Source: Occultella glacieicola (GTDB lineage: Bacteria > Actinomycetota > Actinomycetes > Actinomycetales > Beutenbergiaceae). From it: DNA of 64,000 nucleotides. Shown here in pieces: positions 18,558 to 27,785 of this stretch. The stretch covers positions 62,001 through 126,000 of the forward strand of contig NZ_SMNA01000012.1 of NCBI RefSeq assembly GCF_004353825.1, read 5' to 3'. The notes beneath the pieces were generated by a model. That model was not told the origin of the DNA and did not search any database. It saw only the letters and a program-made list of their open reading frames with translations. Within the stretch, counting starts at the first letter, position 1. Every line of letters starts with the position of its first letter. The translations under genes and the position numbers were made by a program.

Positions 18558-19346
18558 TCAGCCGGACAGCGCTCCGGAGACCTCTCCGGCCACCCGCGCC
18601 ACGGCGGCGCCGAGTTCGTCGACCCTCGGGTCCACCCGGAATGACGGGCCTGCGAGCGTGATGGCGGCGATCGGCTCGCCGCGCGGGTCGGTGATAGCGG
18701 CGGCCAGGCGGGTCACGTCGTCGTGGCGGTCCACGGCCGCCCAGCCGCGGATCCGGGCCTGGCGCACGTCGGCGCGCACCTCCTCCAGGTCGAGCGCCGC
18801 GTGGCTCACGGCGGCGTTCGCACGGATCTGATCCAGGAGCCGATCCCGGTCGGCCTCCCCCATCGTGGCCAGGATGGCACGCCCCATCGCCGTGCGCTGC
18901 AACGGTGTCCTGGTGCCGATCACGGACTGGACGGTGACCGTCTGCCCGGACTGCTCCTGTGCCACGTAGACCACGTGCACCCCCTCGCGCACGGCCAGGT
19001 ACACGGTCTCCCCTGTGGCATCGCGCAGGCCCATCAGCTGCGGCCGGGCCAGACCCACCAGGTCCTCGTGATCGGCCCGATAGGCCTGCGCCAGCCACAG
19101 ACACCGGGACCCGAGGACGTAACGCCGGTCGCGAGCGCGCTGCTGGACGTAGCCGAGCTCGCGCATCGTGGCCAGCAGACGGGACGCGGTGCTTTTGTCG
19201 GTGCCGACCTTCGCGGCCACGTCGGTCACGCCGATCCCGTCTCCCGCAGCTGCGACCAGTTCCAGGACGGACAGGCCGCGCACCAGGGTGCTGGCCGCCG
19301 CCGGGACCGCGGCGGTCGGACCCTGTGGCGCCTGTGCTCGTGGCAT
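18558..19346 (-). CDS. IclR-family transcriptional regulator
   Basis: STLVRGLSVLE, KSTASRLLATM, TGETVYL, RTAMGRAILA, AAITLAGP. Confidence 0.93.
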   Translation of the reverse strand: MPRAQAPQGPTAAVPAAASTLVRGLSVLELVAAAGDGIGVTDVAAKVGTDKSTASRLLATMRELGYVQQRARDRRYVLGSRCLWLAQAYRADHEDLVGLARPQLMGLRDATGETVYLAVREGVHVVYVAQEQSGQTVTVQSVIGTRTPLQRTAMGRAILATMGEADRDRLLDQIRANAAVSHAALDLEEVRADVRQARIRGWAAVDRHDDVTRLAAAITDPRGEPIAAITLAGPSFRVDPRVDELGAAVARVAGEVSGALSG

Positions 19347-19486
19347 GTCTCTCCTCACTCGCACGCGACAGGTTTCCGCCAGTGCTGTCGCCCTAGTTGT
19401 GTTGCGCTTACGGTGGCAGTTGTTGCGACAACAGCAATTACCGACCTTCGGTCAGGGTACTCCCCGTCGCTGAGCACCTGCCGCGA

Positions 19487-20668
19487 TCAACGATGCGAGT
19501 CCGCGGGTATCGAGGTCCCGCGCACGTCCCTCCGGTATTGTCCCGGCGACCTGCCGGTCACGCGCTTGAACGCCACTCCCATGTACTCGCTGTGCCGGAA
19601 CCCCAGCCGCTCGGCCACCTGCGGCAGCGTCAGATCTGTCGTCGACAGCAGGTCCGCCACTCGTTCCATCCGGACCCGGGTGATCTCGGCATGGACCGTA
19701 CGCCCGAGTTCCTGCACGAACCGTTGGTCGAGGGCACGCCGCGACGAGCCCACGTGCCGCAGGACGTCGCCGACGACAACCTCGTGGTGCGCACGATCGC
19801 GGACGAACCGCAGGGCGGACACCACCTGAGGGTCGTCGACCGAGAGGATGTCTGACGACTGCCGTGCCACGATCCGAATCGGTGGGATCAGCCGCAGGCC
19901 CGGCTCCAGGACCTCGCCCGCCATCATCCGGTCGAGCATCGCAGCCGCGAGATGACCGGTCCGGGTGGTGTCCGGCTGGATACTCGACAGTGATGGCGAT
20001 GTCAGCGTCGCGATCAACTCGTCGTTGTCCACCCCGAGCACCGCCACCGCGTCCGGCACCGGGATGTCGGCCAGCCGGCAGGCTTCAAGGATCTCCTGCC
20101 CGGCAATGTCGTAGCAGCCCAGCACGCCCACTGGCTTCGGCAGGGCCCCGAGCCAACCTGCCAGCGCTTGCCGGTCCCGCGACCGCATCCCCGACCGCCG
20201 CATCGCGAACACCCGCGCGTTCCCACCACGCTCCGCCACGTGGTGAACGAACCGCTCCGCGCGCACCCGCGACCACCCGAACCGGTCGTCGCCGCAGAAC
20301 GCGAACTCACGCACGCCTCGCTCGGCGAAGTGCTCCACCGCGATTCGCGCGATGTCGTCGTCGTCGGTCTCGGCCCCGGGGAGCTCCGGCACCAGTCTCG
20401 CGGCCGACAGATCCACCGTGGGCAACCCCAGCTCGCGCACCAGGTCTGCCGTCTCGGTGTTCTCGACTCGTGCGATCAGTCCGTCTCCCTGCCACCCCTC
20501 CAGCCACGAGAAGTCGGTCTCGCTCCGGCTGTGCTCTGCCACATACAGCGACCAACCGTGGTGCGCACGCACGTACGTCCGGATCCCGGCGAGCAGCCCT
20601 CGCGCATACGCGTTCGAGGTCTCGATGAGCAGCGCCACCTGACGGACCGGATGGGCAGCGGCCGTCAT
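19487..20668 (-). CDS. XylR-type activator (periplasmic-binding sensor domain + AraC HTH), copy 1
   Basis: VALLIETSNAYARGLLAGI, VPDAVAVLGVDND, C-terminal AraC HTH (FKRVTGRSPGQYR). Confidence 0.93.
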   Translation of the reverse strand: MTAAAHPVRQVALLIETSNAYARGLLAGIRTYVRAHHGWSLYVAEHSRSETDFSWLEGWQGDGLIARVENTETADLVRELGLPTVDLSAARLVPELPGAETDDDDIARIAVEHFAERGVREFAFCGDDRFGWSRVRAERFVHHVAERGGNARVFAMRRSGMRSRDRQALAGWLGALPKPVGVLGCYDIAGQEILEACRLADIPVPDAVAVLGVDNDELIATLTSPSLSSIQPDTTRTGHLAAAMLDRMMAGEVLEPGLRLIPPIRIVARQSSDILSVDDPQVVSALRFVRDRAHHEVVVGDVLRHVGSSRRALDQRFVQELGRTVHAEITRVRMERVADLLSTTDLTLPQVAERLGFRHSEYMGVAFKRVTGRSPGQYRRDVRGTSIPADSHR

Positions 20669-20732
20669 GCCAGAAATCGAAGGAAGTCGGCTATATATCG
20701 CATCGCAGCGGCGCCACCCGTCTCCCTAGCAT
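20669..20732 (+). promoter_or_regulatory. XylR/AraC-type direct-repeat operator (21-bp spacing) plus -10 box
   Basis: GCCAGAAATCGAAG (20669) and GCTATATATCGCAT (20690), TAGCAT at 20727-20732; the same layout recurs at 39668-39730. Confidence 0.65.
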
Positions 20733-20892
20733 TGAGGGCAGACGGTAACAGCCGGCCCGGTGACGAAGCCTCGGAGCCATCCCATGAACCCTGGGATACT
20801 CCGACCGTGTAATTTTTCTCATGGGAGCACATAATCCCACAGGATGCCTACCGGCACCCGCACCTGTCAGCAACGACGCGAACGGGAACCAC

Positions 20893-21846
20893 ATGACCAC
20901 CACCATCTTGGAAGGCCAACGCCTCCGGGCTCCGTCGGAACCACCACGACGGCGCCCGGCCGGTCGCCGCGCGATCGCGCCCTACCTTTTCCTGACGCCA
21001 TGGCTCATCGGCCTGCTCGCGTTCGTGGTCGGGCCCATGATCGTCTCGCTCTACCTGTCCATGACGGACTACAACTTCCTGCAGGACCCCACGTTCGTGG
21101 GGTTCGACAACTACGTCCGCATGTTCACCAGCGATCCTCGCTACCTCGCCTCGGTCGGCGTGACGGCGGTCTACGTGCTGGTGTCGGTGCCGCTGCAACT
21201 CGCCTTCGCGCTCGGGCTGGCACTGCTGCTCGATCGTGCGATCGCGGGCATCGCGATCTATCGCGCAGTCTTCTACCTGCCCTCGCTCATCGGATCGAGC
21301 GTGGCGGTCGCGGTGCTGTGGCGCACCGTCTTCGGCGCCGACGGCCTCGTCAACTCCGCACTGGGCCTGCTCGGGATCGAGTCCACCCGCAGCTGGGTCG
21401 GCAACCCCGACACCGCGCTCATGACGATCATCGCGCTCAACGTCTGGACCTTCGGGTCACCGATGATCATCTTCCTCGCCGGCCTGCGCCAGATCCCGCG
21501 TTCGTACTACGAGGCCGCGGAGGTCGACGGCGCCGGCCCGGTCCGGCGGTTCCTCAACATCACCGTCCCGCTGCTGACGCCGATCGTCTTCTTCAACCTC
21601 ATCCTGCAGACGATCTACGCCTTCCAGGCGTTCGTGCCGGCCTACATCGTCAGCAACGGCTCGGGTGGCCCCGCCGACTCCACCCTCTTCTACACGCTCT
21701 ACCTGTATCAGCAGGGCTTCACGAGCTTCCAGATGGGCTACGCCTCCGCGATGGCGTGGGTGCTGCTGGCCGTCATCGCGATCGTCACCGGCATCAACTT
21801 CCTGCTCTCGAAGTACTGGGTCTTCTACGGGGACGGTGACCGATGA
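20893..21846 (+). CDS. Carbohydrate ABC transporter permease (MalF-like)
   Basis: YLFLTPW, FVGFDNY, EAA loop YYEAAEVDGAG, MGYASAMAW. Confidence 0.95.
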   Translation: MTTTILEGQRLRAPSEPPRRRPAGRRAIAPYLFLTPWLIGLLAFVVGPMIVSLYLSMTDYNFLQDPTFVGFDNYVRMFTSDPRYLASVGVTAVYVLVSVPLQLAFALGLALLLDRAIAGIAIYRAVFYLPSLIGSSVAVAVLWRTVFGADGLVNSALGLLGIESTRSWVGNPDTALMTIIALNVWTFGSPMIIFLAGLRQIPRSYYEAAEVDGAGPVRRFLNITVPLLTPIVFFNLILQTIYAFQAFVPAYIVSNGSGGPADSTLFYTLYLYQQGFTSFQMGYASAMAWVLLAVIAIVTGINFLLSKYWVFYGDGDR

Positions 21847-22706
21847 GCGCCGCCGACCTCGCCGACGCCCCGCGGCGCCAGAGCTCGCTCACCCGCCGCG
21901 TCGCGATGCACGTGCTGCTCATCCTCCTCGCGCTCGGGATGCTCTACCCGCTGCTGTGGATGATCGTCAGCTCGCTGCGGGAGAACTCCGCGATCTTCAG
22001 CGACGCCTCGCTCGCGCTGCGCAACCTCAGCCTCGACAACTACAGCCGCGGCTGGGACGCCCAGCAGAACTCCTTCGCCACCTACTTCGGCAACAGCTTC
22101 CTGATCACCGGGCTCGCGATCGTCGCGAACATCGCCGCCTGCTCCCTCACCGCCTACGCCTTCGCCCGCATGACCTTCCGCCTGAAGGCGTTCTTCATGG
22201 CGATCCTGCTCGGCACGATCATGCTGCCCGAGCACGTCACGATCGTGCCCCAGTACGTGCTGTTCTCCGAGCTCGGCTGGTTGAACACCTTCCTGCCGCT
22301 CACGGTGCCGAAGTTCTTCGCCACCGAGGCCTTCTTCGTGTTCCTCATCGTGCAGTTCATGCGCGGCATCCCCCGCGACATCGACGAGGCCGCCGCACTC
22401 GACGGCTGCGGCCCGTTCCAGACCTACTCGCGCATCATGCTGCCCCTCATCACGCCGGCCCTGGCGACGACGGCGATCTTCTCCTTCATCTGGACCTGGA
22501 ACGACTTCTTCCGCCCGCTCATCTTCCTCACCGACAACAGCCTCTTCACCGTCCCGCTGGCGGTGCGACTGTTCGCCGACATCGGCGGCACGGACTGGGG
22601 GGCGCTCTTCGCGATGTCGGTGCTCTCACTGCTACCGATCTTCATCTTCTTCGTCTTCGGTCAGCGCTACCTGATCCGCGGCATCGCAACCACGGGACTG
22701 AAGTGA
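21843..22706 (+). CDS. Carbohydrate ABC transporter permease (MalG-like)
   Basis: IPRDIDEAAALDGCG, WTWNDF, GIATTGLK. Confidence 0.95.
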   Translation: MSAADLADAPRRQSSLTRRVAMHVLLILLALGMLYPLLWMIVSSLRENSAIFSDASLALRNLSLDNYSRGWDAQQNSFATYFGNSFLITGLAIVANIAACSLTAYAFARMTFRLKAFFMAILLGTIMLPEHVTIVPQYVLFSELGWLNTFLPLTVPKFFATEAFFVFLIVQFMRGIPRDIDEAAALDGCGPFQTYSRIMLPLITPALATTAIFSFIWTWNDFFRPLIFLTDNSLFTVPLAVRLFADIGGTDWGALFAMSVLSLLPIFIFFVFGQRYLIRGIATTGLK

Positions 22707-23722
22707 GCACGGCGGAGAAGGTGCGGGTCGCCGTCGTCGGCGCCGGATCGTTCGGGCAGGCGCACCTGCGGGCCTACGCCCAGCTCGAGCGGGCCGACGT
22801 GGCGTGGGTCTGCGATGCAGACGTCGACGCCGCCCGGCGGACTGCCGCCGAGTTCGACGTCCCGCACGTCGCCACCGACCTGGCCGCCGTGCTGGCCGAC
22901 CACGAGGTCCAGGTGGTCGATCTCGTGACCCCGGTCGCGCTGCACGCCCCGCAGGCGACGGCCGCTCTGCAGGCCGGCCGATCGGTCATCTGCGAGAAGC
23001 CGATGGCGCTGGACCTGTCGGAGGCGCTCCTACTCGCCGACGTCGCCGCGTCCTCGCCCGGAGCGCTGCTGGTCAAGTACCACCAGCGGTTCGACCCCGT
23101 GCACGAGCGGATGCGAGACCTTCTCGCCGAAGGCACCCACGGCACCGGGCTCGTCGCCCATATCGAGATCCTCGGTGACCACCTGGCTGCCCTGCGCTCA
23201 CGCGAGCACTGGCGCGGTGACCCGCGCATGACCGGCGGCGGCTGCCTGTTCGAGTCGGGCTCACACCTCATCGACCTTGCTCACTTCTGGTTCGGACCCG
23301 CCGCCCGGGTCACGGCGACCACCCACCAGCTCGCGGCCGACAACCCGGACAAGGGCGAGGACACCGCCACCCTGGTGGTGCAGTTCGCGAGCGGCGCCGT
23401 CATGACGCTCGTCGGGTTCTGGGGGGCACCGGGATGGGACTGGCGCAAGGAGGTCTTCACCTCCCGCCAGGTGCGGCTGTCGGTCGAGACCGGAGACAGC
23501 AACGCCCTCCGGCTGCGCGAGCGTGACGGCACCGACCGGGTGCTCGCGGTCGAGGACGACTGGTTCGCCCGCTCCGTGCGCCGCTCGCTGGCCCACGCAC
23601 TCGACTGCGCCGCCGGCGACGCCCGTCCGCAGGTGACCGTCGACGACGCGCTCGCCTCGATGCGCACCCTCGATGCGGCCTACCGCTCGGCACGAGAGGG
23701 GCGGACCGTTGAACTGGCGTGA
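22703..23722 (+). CDS. Gfo/Idh/MocA-family oxidoreductase
   Basis: GTG start overlapping the permease stop; VAVVGAGSFG, CEKP, GGGCLFESGSHLID. Confidence 0.92.
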   Translation: MSTAEKVRVAVVGAGSFGQAHLRAYAQLERADVAWVCDADVDAARRTAAEFDVPHVATDLAAVLADHEVQVVDLVTPVALHAPQATAALQAGRSVICEKPMALDLSEALLLADVAASSPGALLVKYHQRFDPVHERMRDLLAEGTHGTGLVAHIEILGDHLAALRSREHWRGDPRMTGGGCLFESGSHLIDLAHFWFGPAARVTATTHQLAADNPDKGEDTATLVVQFASGAVMTLVGFWGAPGWDWRKEVFTSRQVRLSVETGDSNALRLRERDGTDRVLAVEDDWFARSVRRSLAHALDCAAGDARPQVTVDDALASMRTLDAAYRSAREGRTVELA

Positions 23723-23828
23723 GGCTACCGTCGCCGACCTGCTCCGGGGGCGAACCGGCGGCCGGACCGCCCGCCACGTCGGTCCGCCGGCCACCGGGAC
23801 CCTGACCGGCCTCACGTCGGATGCCCGC

Positions 23829-24470
23829 TTGTCGCGGCGTCCGACCCGCCGTCCGACGACGCCGCGCGCGCCGTTCGGCGAACGGGTGCTCGACGGCACG
23901 CGCACCGTCGCCATGCTCGCCGCCGTCAGCGCGATCGTCCTCGTGCTCGCGGTCCCGGTCCTCACGCTGCTGCCGGGCCTCGCGGCAGGCTCCCAGGTGC
24001 TGGCCGGACACCTGGCCGGCCGCCGGGTCCGCCCGCTGCGCGACACCCTCGCGCTCGTGGTTCGGACCACCCCGGTCACCTGGCCGGTCAGCGTGGCCGT
24101 CGCCCTCGGTCTCGCCGCCGTCGGCGCCAACCTGATCTTCCTCGCCCAGCAGGCGACCGTCCTGGCGGCCTACCTGCTCGCCGTCAACCTCGCCGTCGTC
24201 GCGCTCGGTGGCTGCTGGACGGCCGCCTGCGCCCGCGAACTCGCCGATGACCCCGGCCGCACCCGCCGCGAACTCCTGCGGGCGGGCACCACCCGGGCCG
24301 TGCACGTCGGCCGCTGGCACGCGGCTCTCGCACTCGGCGCGGTGCTCGCCGTCGCTCTCGTGCTCGTCAGCCCGCTCGTCGCAGCCTTCTTCGCCCCCGG
24401 CCTCGCCCTGCTCCTGGGTCGGCTCGCCGACCCCCGTCCCATCCCCGCCCTTCGAGAGGTGACCCCGTGA
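23829..24470 (+). CDS. Putative membrane protein (YesL/DUF624-like accessory); start uncertain
   Basis: Several Leu/Ala/Val-rich TM stretches; the stop overlaps the next gene's start; TTG 23829 chosen because the ORF-track start (23673) overlaps the upstream gene. Confidence 0.55.
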   Translation: MSRRPTRRPTTPRAPFGERVLDGTRTVAMLAAVSAIVLVLAVPVLTLLPGLAAGSQVLAGHLAGRRVRPLRDTLALVVRTTPVTWPVSVAVALGLAAVGANLIFLAQQATVLAAYLLAVNLAVVALGGCWTAACARELADDPGRTRRELLRAGTTRAVHVGRWHAALALGAVLAVALVLVSPLVAAFFAPGLALLLGRLADPRPIPALREVTP

Positions 24471-25531
24471 CCGCCCCCCTGCGCCTGGCCTTCCTCGGTG
24501 TGACGCACCCCCATGCCGCTGCCTGGGCCGACGCCGCTCACGCCGACCCGCGCACCACCATCGTCGCCGTCCACGACCCCGACACCGTCGCCGGCCGCGC
24601 ATTCGCCACCCGTTACGACACATCCGCACGACCGACGAGCGGCGACGCGCTCCGAGAGGTCGACGCCGTCGTCGTCGACGGCCGCAACGACGAGGCAGTC
24701 GCCTTCGCGCTCGCCGCGATCGATGCCGGACTACCGGTCTTCGTCGAGAAGACCGGCGCGCGCACCGCGGCCGAACTGGCCGACGTCGGCGAACGCGCCC
24801 GCGCGGCCGGTGTCGTCAGCCAGATGGGCTACTTCGCCCGCTACTCCGACGCCGTCGAGCGCACCGCGCGGACGCTTGCCGACGGCACGTTGGGAGACCT
24901 CTACCTGGCCCGGTTCCACTCCGCGATCCCCCACCAGGCGTGGCGCACGATGGCGCACTGGTTCGCCGATGGCACGAACGTCGTCACCCCGTTCATGGAG
25001 GCGGGCTGTCACATGGTCGACGTCGTCCGGCACCTGCTCGGCGAGCCCGAGGAGATCCGCGCCACCCGTGTCCGCCGGCCAGGCACCCCCAGCCCGGGTG
25101 AGGACGCGCTCGCCGCGACGATGCGCATCGGCGGGACAGTGGCCACCATCGACTTCACCGCCCACGAGGCCGACCCGTGGAACACGGCTTGGGGCGGCGA
25201 ACTCTTCGGCGACGCCGCCACGCTTCGTTTCCACATCACCCCCGCCCGCACGGCGCTCGGCACCGGGACGCACGTACCGGACGTGATCTCGCCGGTCGCG
25301 CACGACGACGCCGACGCGATCCGGGCCTGCATGGCTACGGAGAACGTCGAGCTGATGCGGCGCGGGATGTCCGCGTTCGTGGACGCCGTGCACGGCACCG
25401 CCCCGAGCCCCGTCGACGTCGCGGACGGCGCCCGCACGCTCGCCGTCATCGAGGCGGCCCTGGCCTCCTGCGAAGTCCCTGGGACCAACCCGGCGGTCCA
25501 CCCCATATCCGCGTCAGCCGGCGCTCCATGA
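24467..25531 (+). CDS. Gfo/Idh/MocA-family oxidoreductase (atypical nucleotide-binding loop)
   Basis: LRLAFLGVTHPHA, VFVEKTG, FMEAGCHMVD. Confidence 0.85.
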   Translation: MTAPLRLAFLGVTHPHAAAWADAAHADPRTTIVAVHDPDTVAGRAFATRYDTSARPTSGDALREVDAVVVDGRNDEAVAFALAAIDAGLPVFVEKTGARTAAELADVGERARAAGVVSQMGYFARYSDAVERTARTLADGTLGDLYLARFHSAIPHQAWRTMAHWFADGTNVVTPFMEAGCHMVDVVRHLLGEPEEIRATRVRRPGTPSPGEDALAATMRIGGTVATIDFTAHEADPWNTAWGGELFGDAATLRFHITPARTALGTGTHVPDVISPVAHDDADAIRACMATENVELMRRGMSAFVDAVHGTAPSPVDVADGARTLAVIEAALASCEVPGTNPAVHPISASAGAP

Positions 25532-25607
25532 CCGGACCCACTGCGCCACACGCCCCTGTAACACCCGACCCGGTCGCGAGGACGCGACCCCTCCGAGAGG
25601 AACGACC

Positions 25608-26924
25608 ATGATCAGCAGAAGACTCCTGCTCCGCTCCACCGGCGTTGCGTTCGGCGCCGCCGCGATCGGCGCCACCGCCGCCTGCGGGCAGGGCGGCGGC
25701 AACGCCGCCCCGGAGGACGACGACGCACCGAAGGACATGCGCTTCGCCTGGTGGGGACACGAGGAGATGAACCGCACCACCGCCGAGGCGATCGACCTCT
25801 ACAACAGCCGGTCGGAGAACGTCACCATCACCGGTGAGAACGCCTCCTGGGATGACTTCTGGGATCGGATGGCGACCCAGATCGCGGGCGACAACGGCCC
25901 GGACGCGATGCAGATGTCGAACCAGATGATCGTGGACTACGCCCAGCGCGGCGCCCTGCTCGATCTCGAGGAGTACATGGGCGACGTCATCGACACGAGC
26001 ACCTGGAACGAGGACCTGCGGTCCTACGGCGTCATCGACGGCATCCGCGCCGGCGTCCCGATCAGCACCGACGGCTTCACGGTCCTCGCCGATCGTGACC
26101 GGGTCGAGGAACTCGGGCTCTCCCTGCCCGAGGAGGGATGGACCTGGGACGACCTGGCCGAGCTCGCCCTGGCGATCCGCGAAGGCGGCGGCGACGATCT
26201 GTACGGCATGTCCGACGGATCCGGCCGCTATGAGCTGCTTGAGCCCTGGGTGCGCGGCCGCGGCAAGCGGTTCTTCAACGCCGAGGACACCCCGGTCACC
26301 CTGGGCTTCGAGAAGGAGGACCTCGCCGAGTTCTGGGAGTGGTGGGCGCGCATGCGGGCCGACGGCGGCTGCGTCACCCCCGACATCGAGGCCGAGAACC
26401 TCAGTCACGAGACCAGCCCACTCGTCGGGGGCCGCGCGCCGCTGTACTTCACCACGACGAGCGAGCTCACCGGCATCCGAGCACTGATGGAGTCGTCGAT
26501 CCAGGCGTTGCCGATGCCCGACACCGCCGGCGGCGACAAGCCCGCGAACTTCGTGCGGCCGAACCTCTTCATGAGCGCCTGGGCCGGCACCCCGTACCCG
26601 ACGGAGTGCGCGCGGTTCCTCGACTTCTGGATCAACGACCCCGAGGCCGTGGAGGTCATCGGCAACTCCCGCGGGGTGCCGCCGAGCCCAGAGGCGGCCG
26701 TCCTCGTCGAGGACGAGCCCGACGCCTCGGGCCTGCGCACACCCTCGGAATACCTCGCGCTCATCACCGAGATCGGCTCGCCGATGGACTACCTGACGCC
26801 GCGGTCCGGCCGTGACGTCTACCAACTCCTCGGGCGTATCGCCGAGGAGGTCCGCTTCGGCCAGACGGACATCCCGACGGCGGTCGACAGCTTCTTCGAC
26901 CAGGCCGCGTCGACCCTCGCCTGA
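25608..26924 (+). CDS. Sugar ABC transporter solute-binding protein (probable Tat lipoprotein)
   Basis: MISRRLLLR...ATAAC signal; RFAWWG, SWDDFWDRMATQIAG. Confidence 0.93.
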   Translation: MISRRLLLRSTGVAFGAAAIGATAACGQGGGNAAPEDDDAPKDMRFAWWGHEEMNRTTAEAIDLYNSRSENVTITGENASWDDFWDRMATQIAGDNGPDAMQMSNQMIVDYAQRGALLDLEEYMGDVIDTSTWNEDLRSYGVIDGIRAGVPISTDGFTVLADRDRVEELGLSLPEEGWTWDDLAELALAIREGGGDDLYGMSDGSGRYELLEPWVRGRGKRFFNAEDTPVTLGFEKEDLAEFWEWWARMRADGGCVTPDIEAENLSHETSPLVGGRAPLYFTTTSELTGIRALMESSIQALPMPDTAGGDKPANFVRPNLFMSAWAGTPYPTECARFLDFWINDPEAVEVIGNSRGVPPSPEAAVLVEDEPDASGLRTPSEYLALITEIGSPMDYLTPRSGRDVYQLLGRIAEEVRFGQTDIPTAVDSFFDQAASTLA

Positions 26925-26959
26925 CCTCAGACCTGCACCACCCATCCAGAAGGAGAAGC

Positions 26960-27745
26960 ATGCGTTTCAGCAACAAGGTCGCCGTCGTCACCGGTGGCGG
27001 AGCCGGAATCGGCCGACAGACCGTCAACATTCTGGCTGCGGAGGGCGCGACGGTCGTGGTCGCCGACTTCGACGCCGATCGGGCGGAGAAGGCCCGCGCG
27101 GCCGCTCTGGAACTCGGTGCGCCGGACGCAGCGGCCATCCAGCTCGACATCGCATCCGAGGACGACGCGATCGCGCTGGCAACGCTCTGCCGCGACCGGT
27201 TCGGCGGGGTCGACATCCTCGTCAACAACGCGGCGGCGCGGGTCTACGGTCCGGTGACCGAGGCGACCCTCGAGTCCTGGAAGTTCATCACGGACGTCAA
27301 CCTCATCGGCCCCGGTCTGACCTGCAAGCACCTCATCCCGCTGATGGCGGGGCGCGGCGCGGCGATCGTGAACATCTCGTCGGCGAACGGCGTCGTCGGG
27401 CGGCCGGGAATGGCGCAGTACGACGCCACCAAGGCGGGCGTGCTCGGACTCACCCGCTCGCTGGCCTGTGACCACGCCGACCAGGGCATCCGGGTCAACG
27501 CCATCCTGCCGGGCCCGACGCTCACCGACTTCCACAAGGACCGCGCCGCCGAGGCCGGCCGCGAGATCGATCCGACCATCACCGAGCCCCACGAGGGCGG
27601 TCCGGGTGTGCTGCGCCGTCAGGGCCGGCCGGAGGAGGTTGCGCACGCGGTCGCCTTCCTCGCGAGCGACCACGCCTCCTACGTCACCGGAGCGTGCCTG
27701 TCGGTCGACGGCGGGCTGGCCGCGCTCTCCGGCAGGCTCGGATGA
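26960..27745 (+). CDS. Short-chain dehydrogenase/reductase
   Basis: TGGGAGIG, LVNNA, NISS, YDATK, IRVNAILPG. Confidence 0.95.
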   Translation: MRFSNKVAVVTGGGAGIGRQTVNILAAEGATVVVADFDADRAEKARAAALELGAPDAAAIQLDIASEDDAIALATLCRDRFGGVDILVNNAAARVYGPVTEATLESWKFITDVNLIGPGLTCKHLIPLMAGRGAAIVNISSANGVVGRPGMAQYDATKAGVLGLTRSLACDHADQGIRVNAILPGPTLTDFHKDRAAEAGREIDPTITEPHEGGPGVLRRQGRPEEVAHAVAFLASDHASYVTGACLSVDGGLAALSGRLG

Positions 27746-27785
27746 GCCACGGTGCCGCGTCGACGGCGGCGCTCGGGAGCATCCC

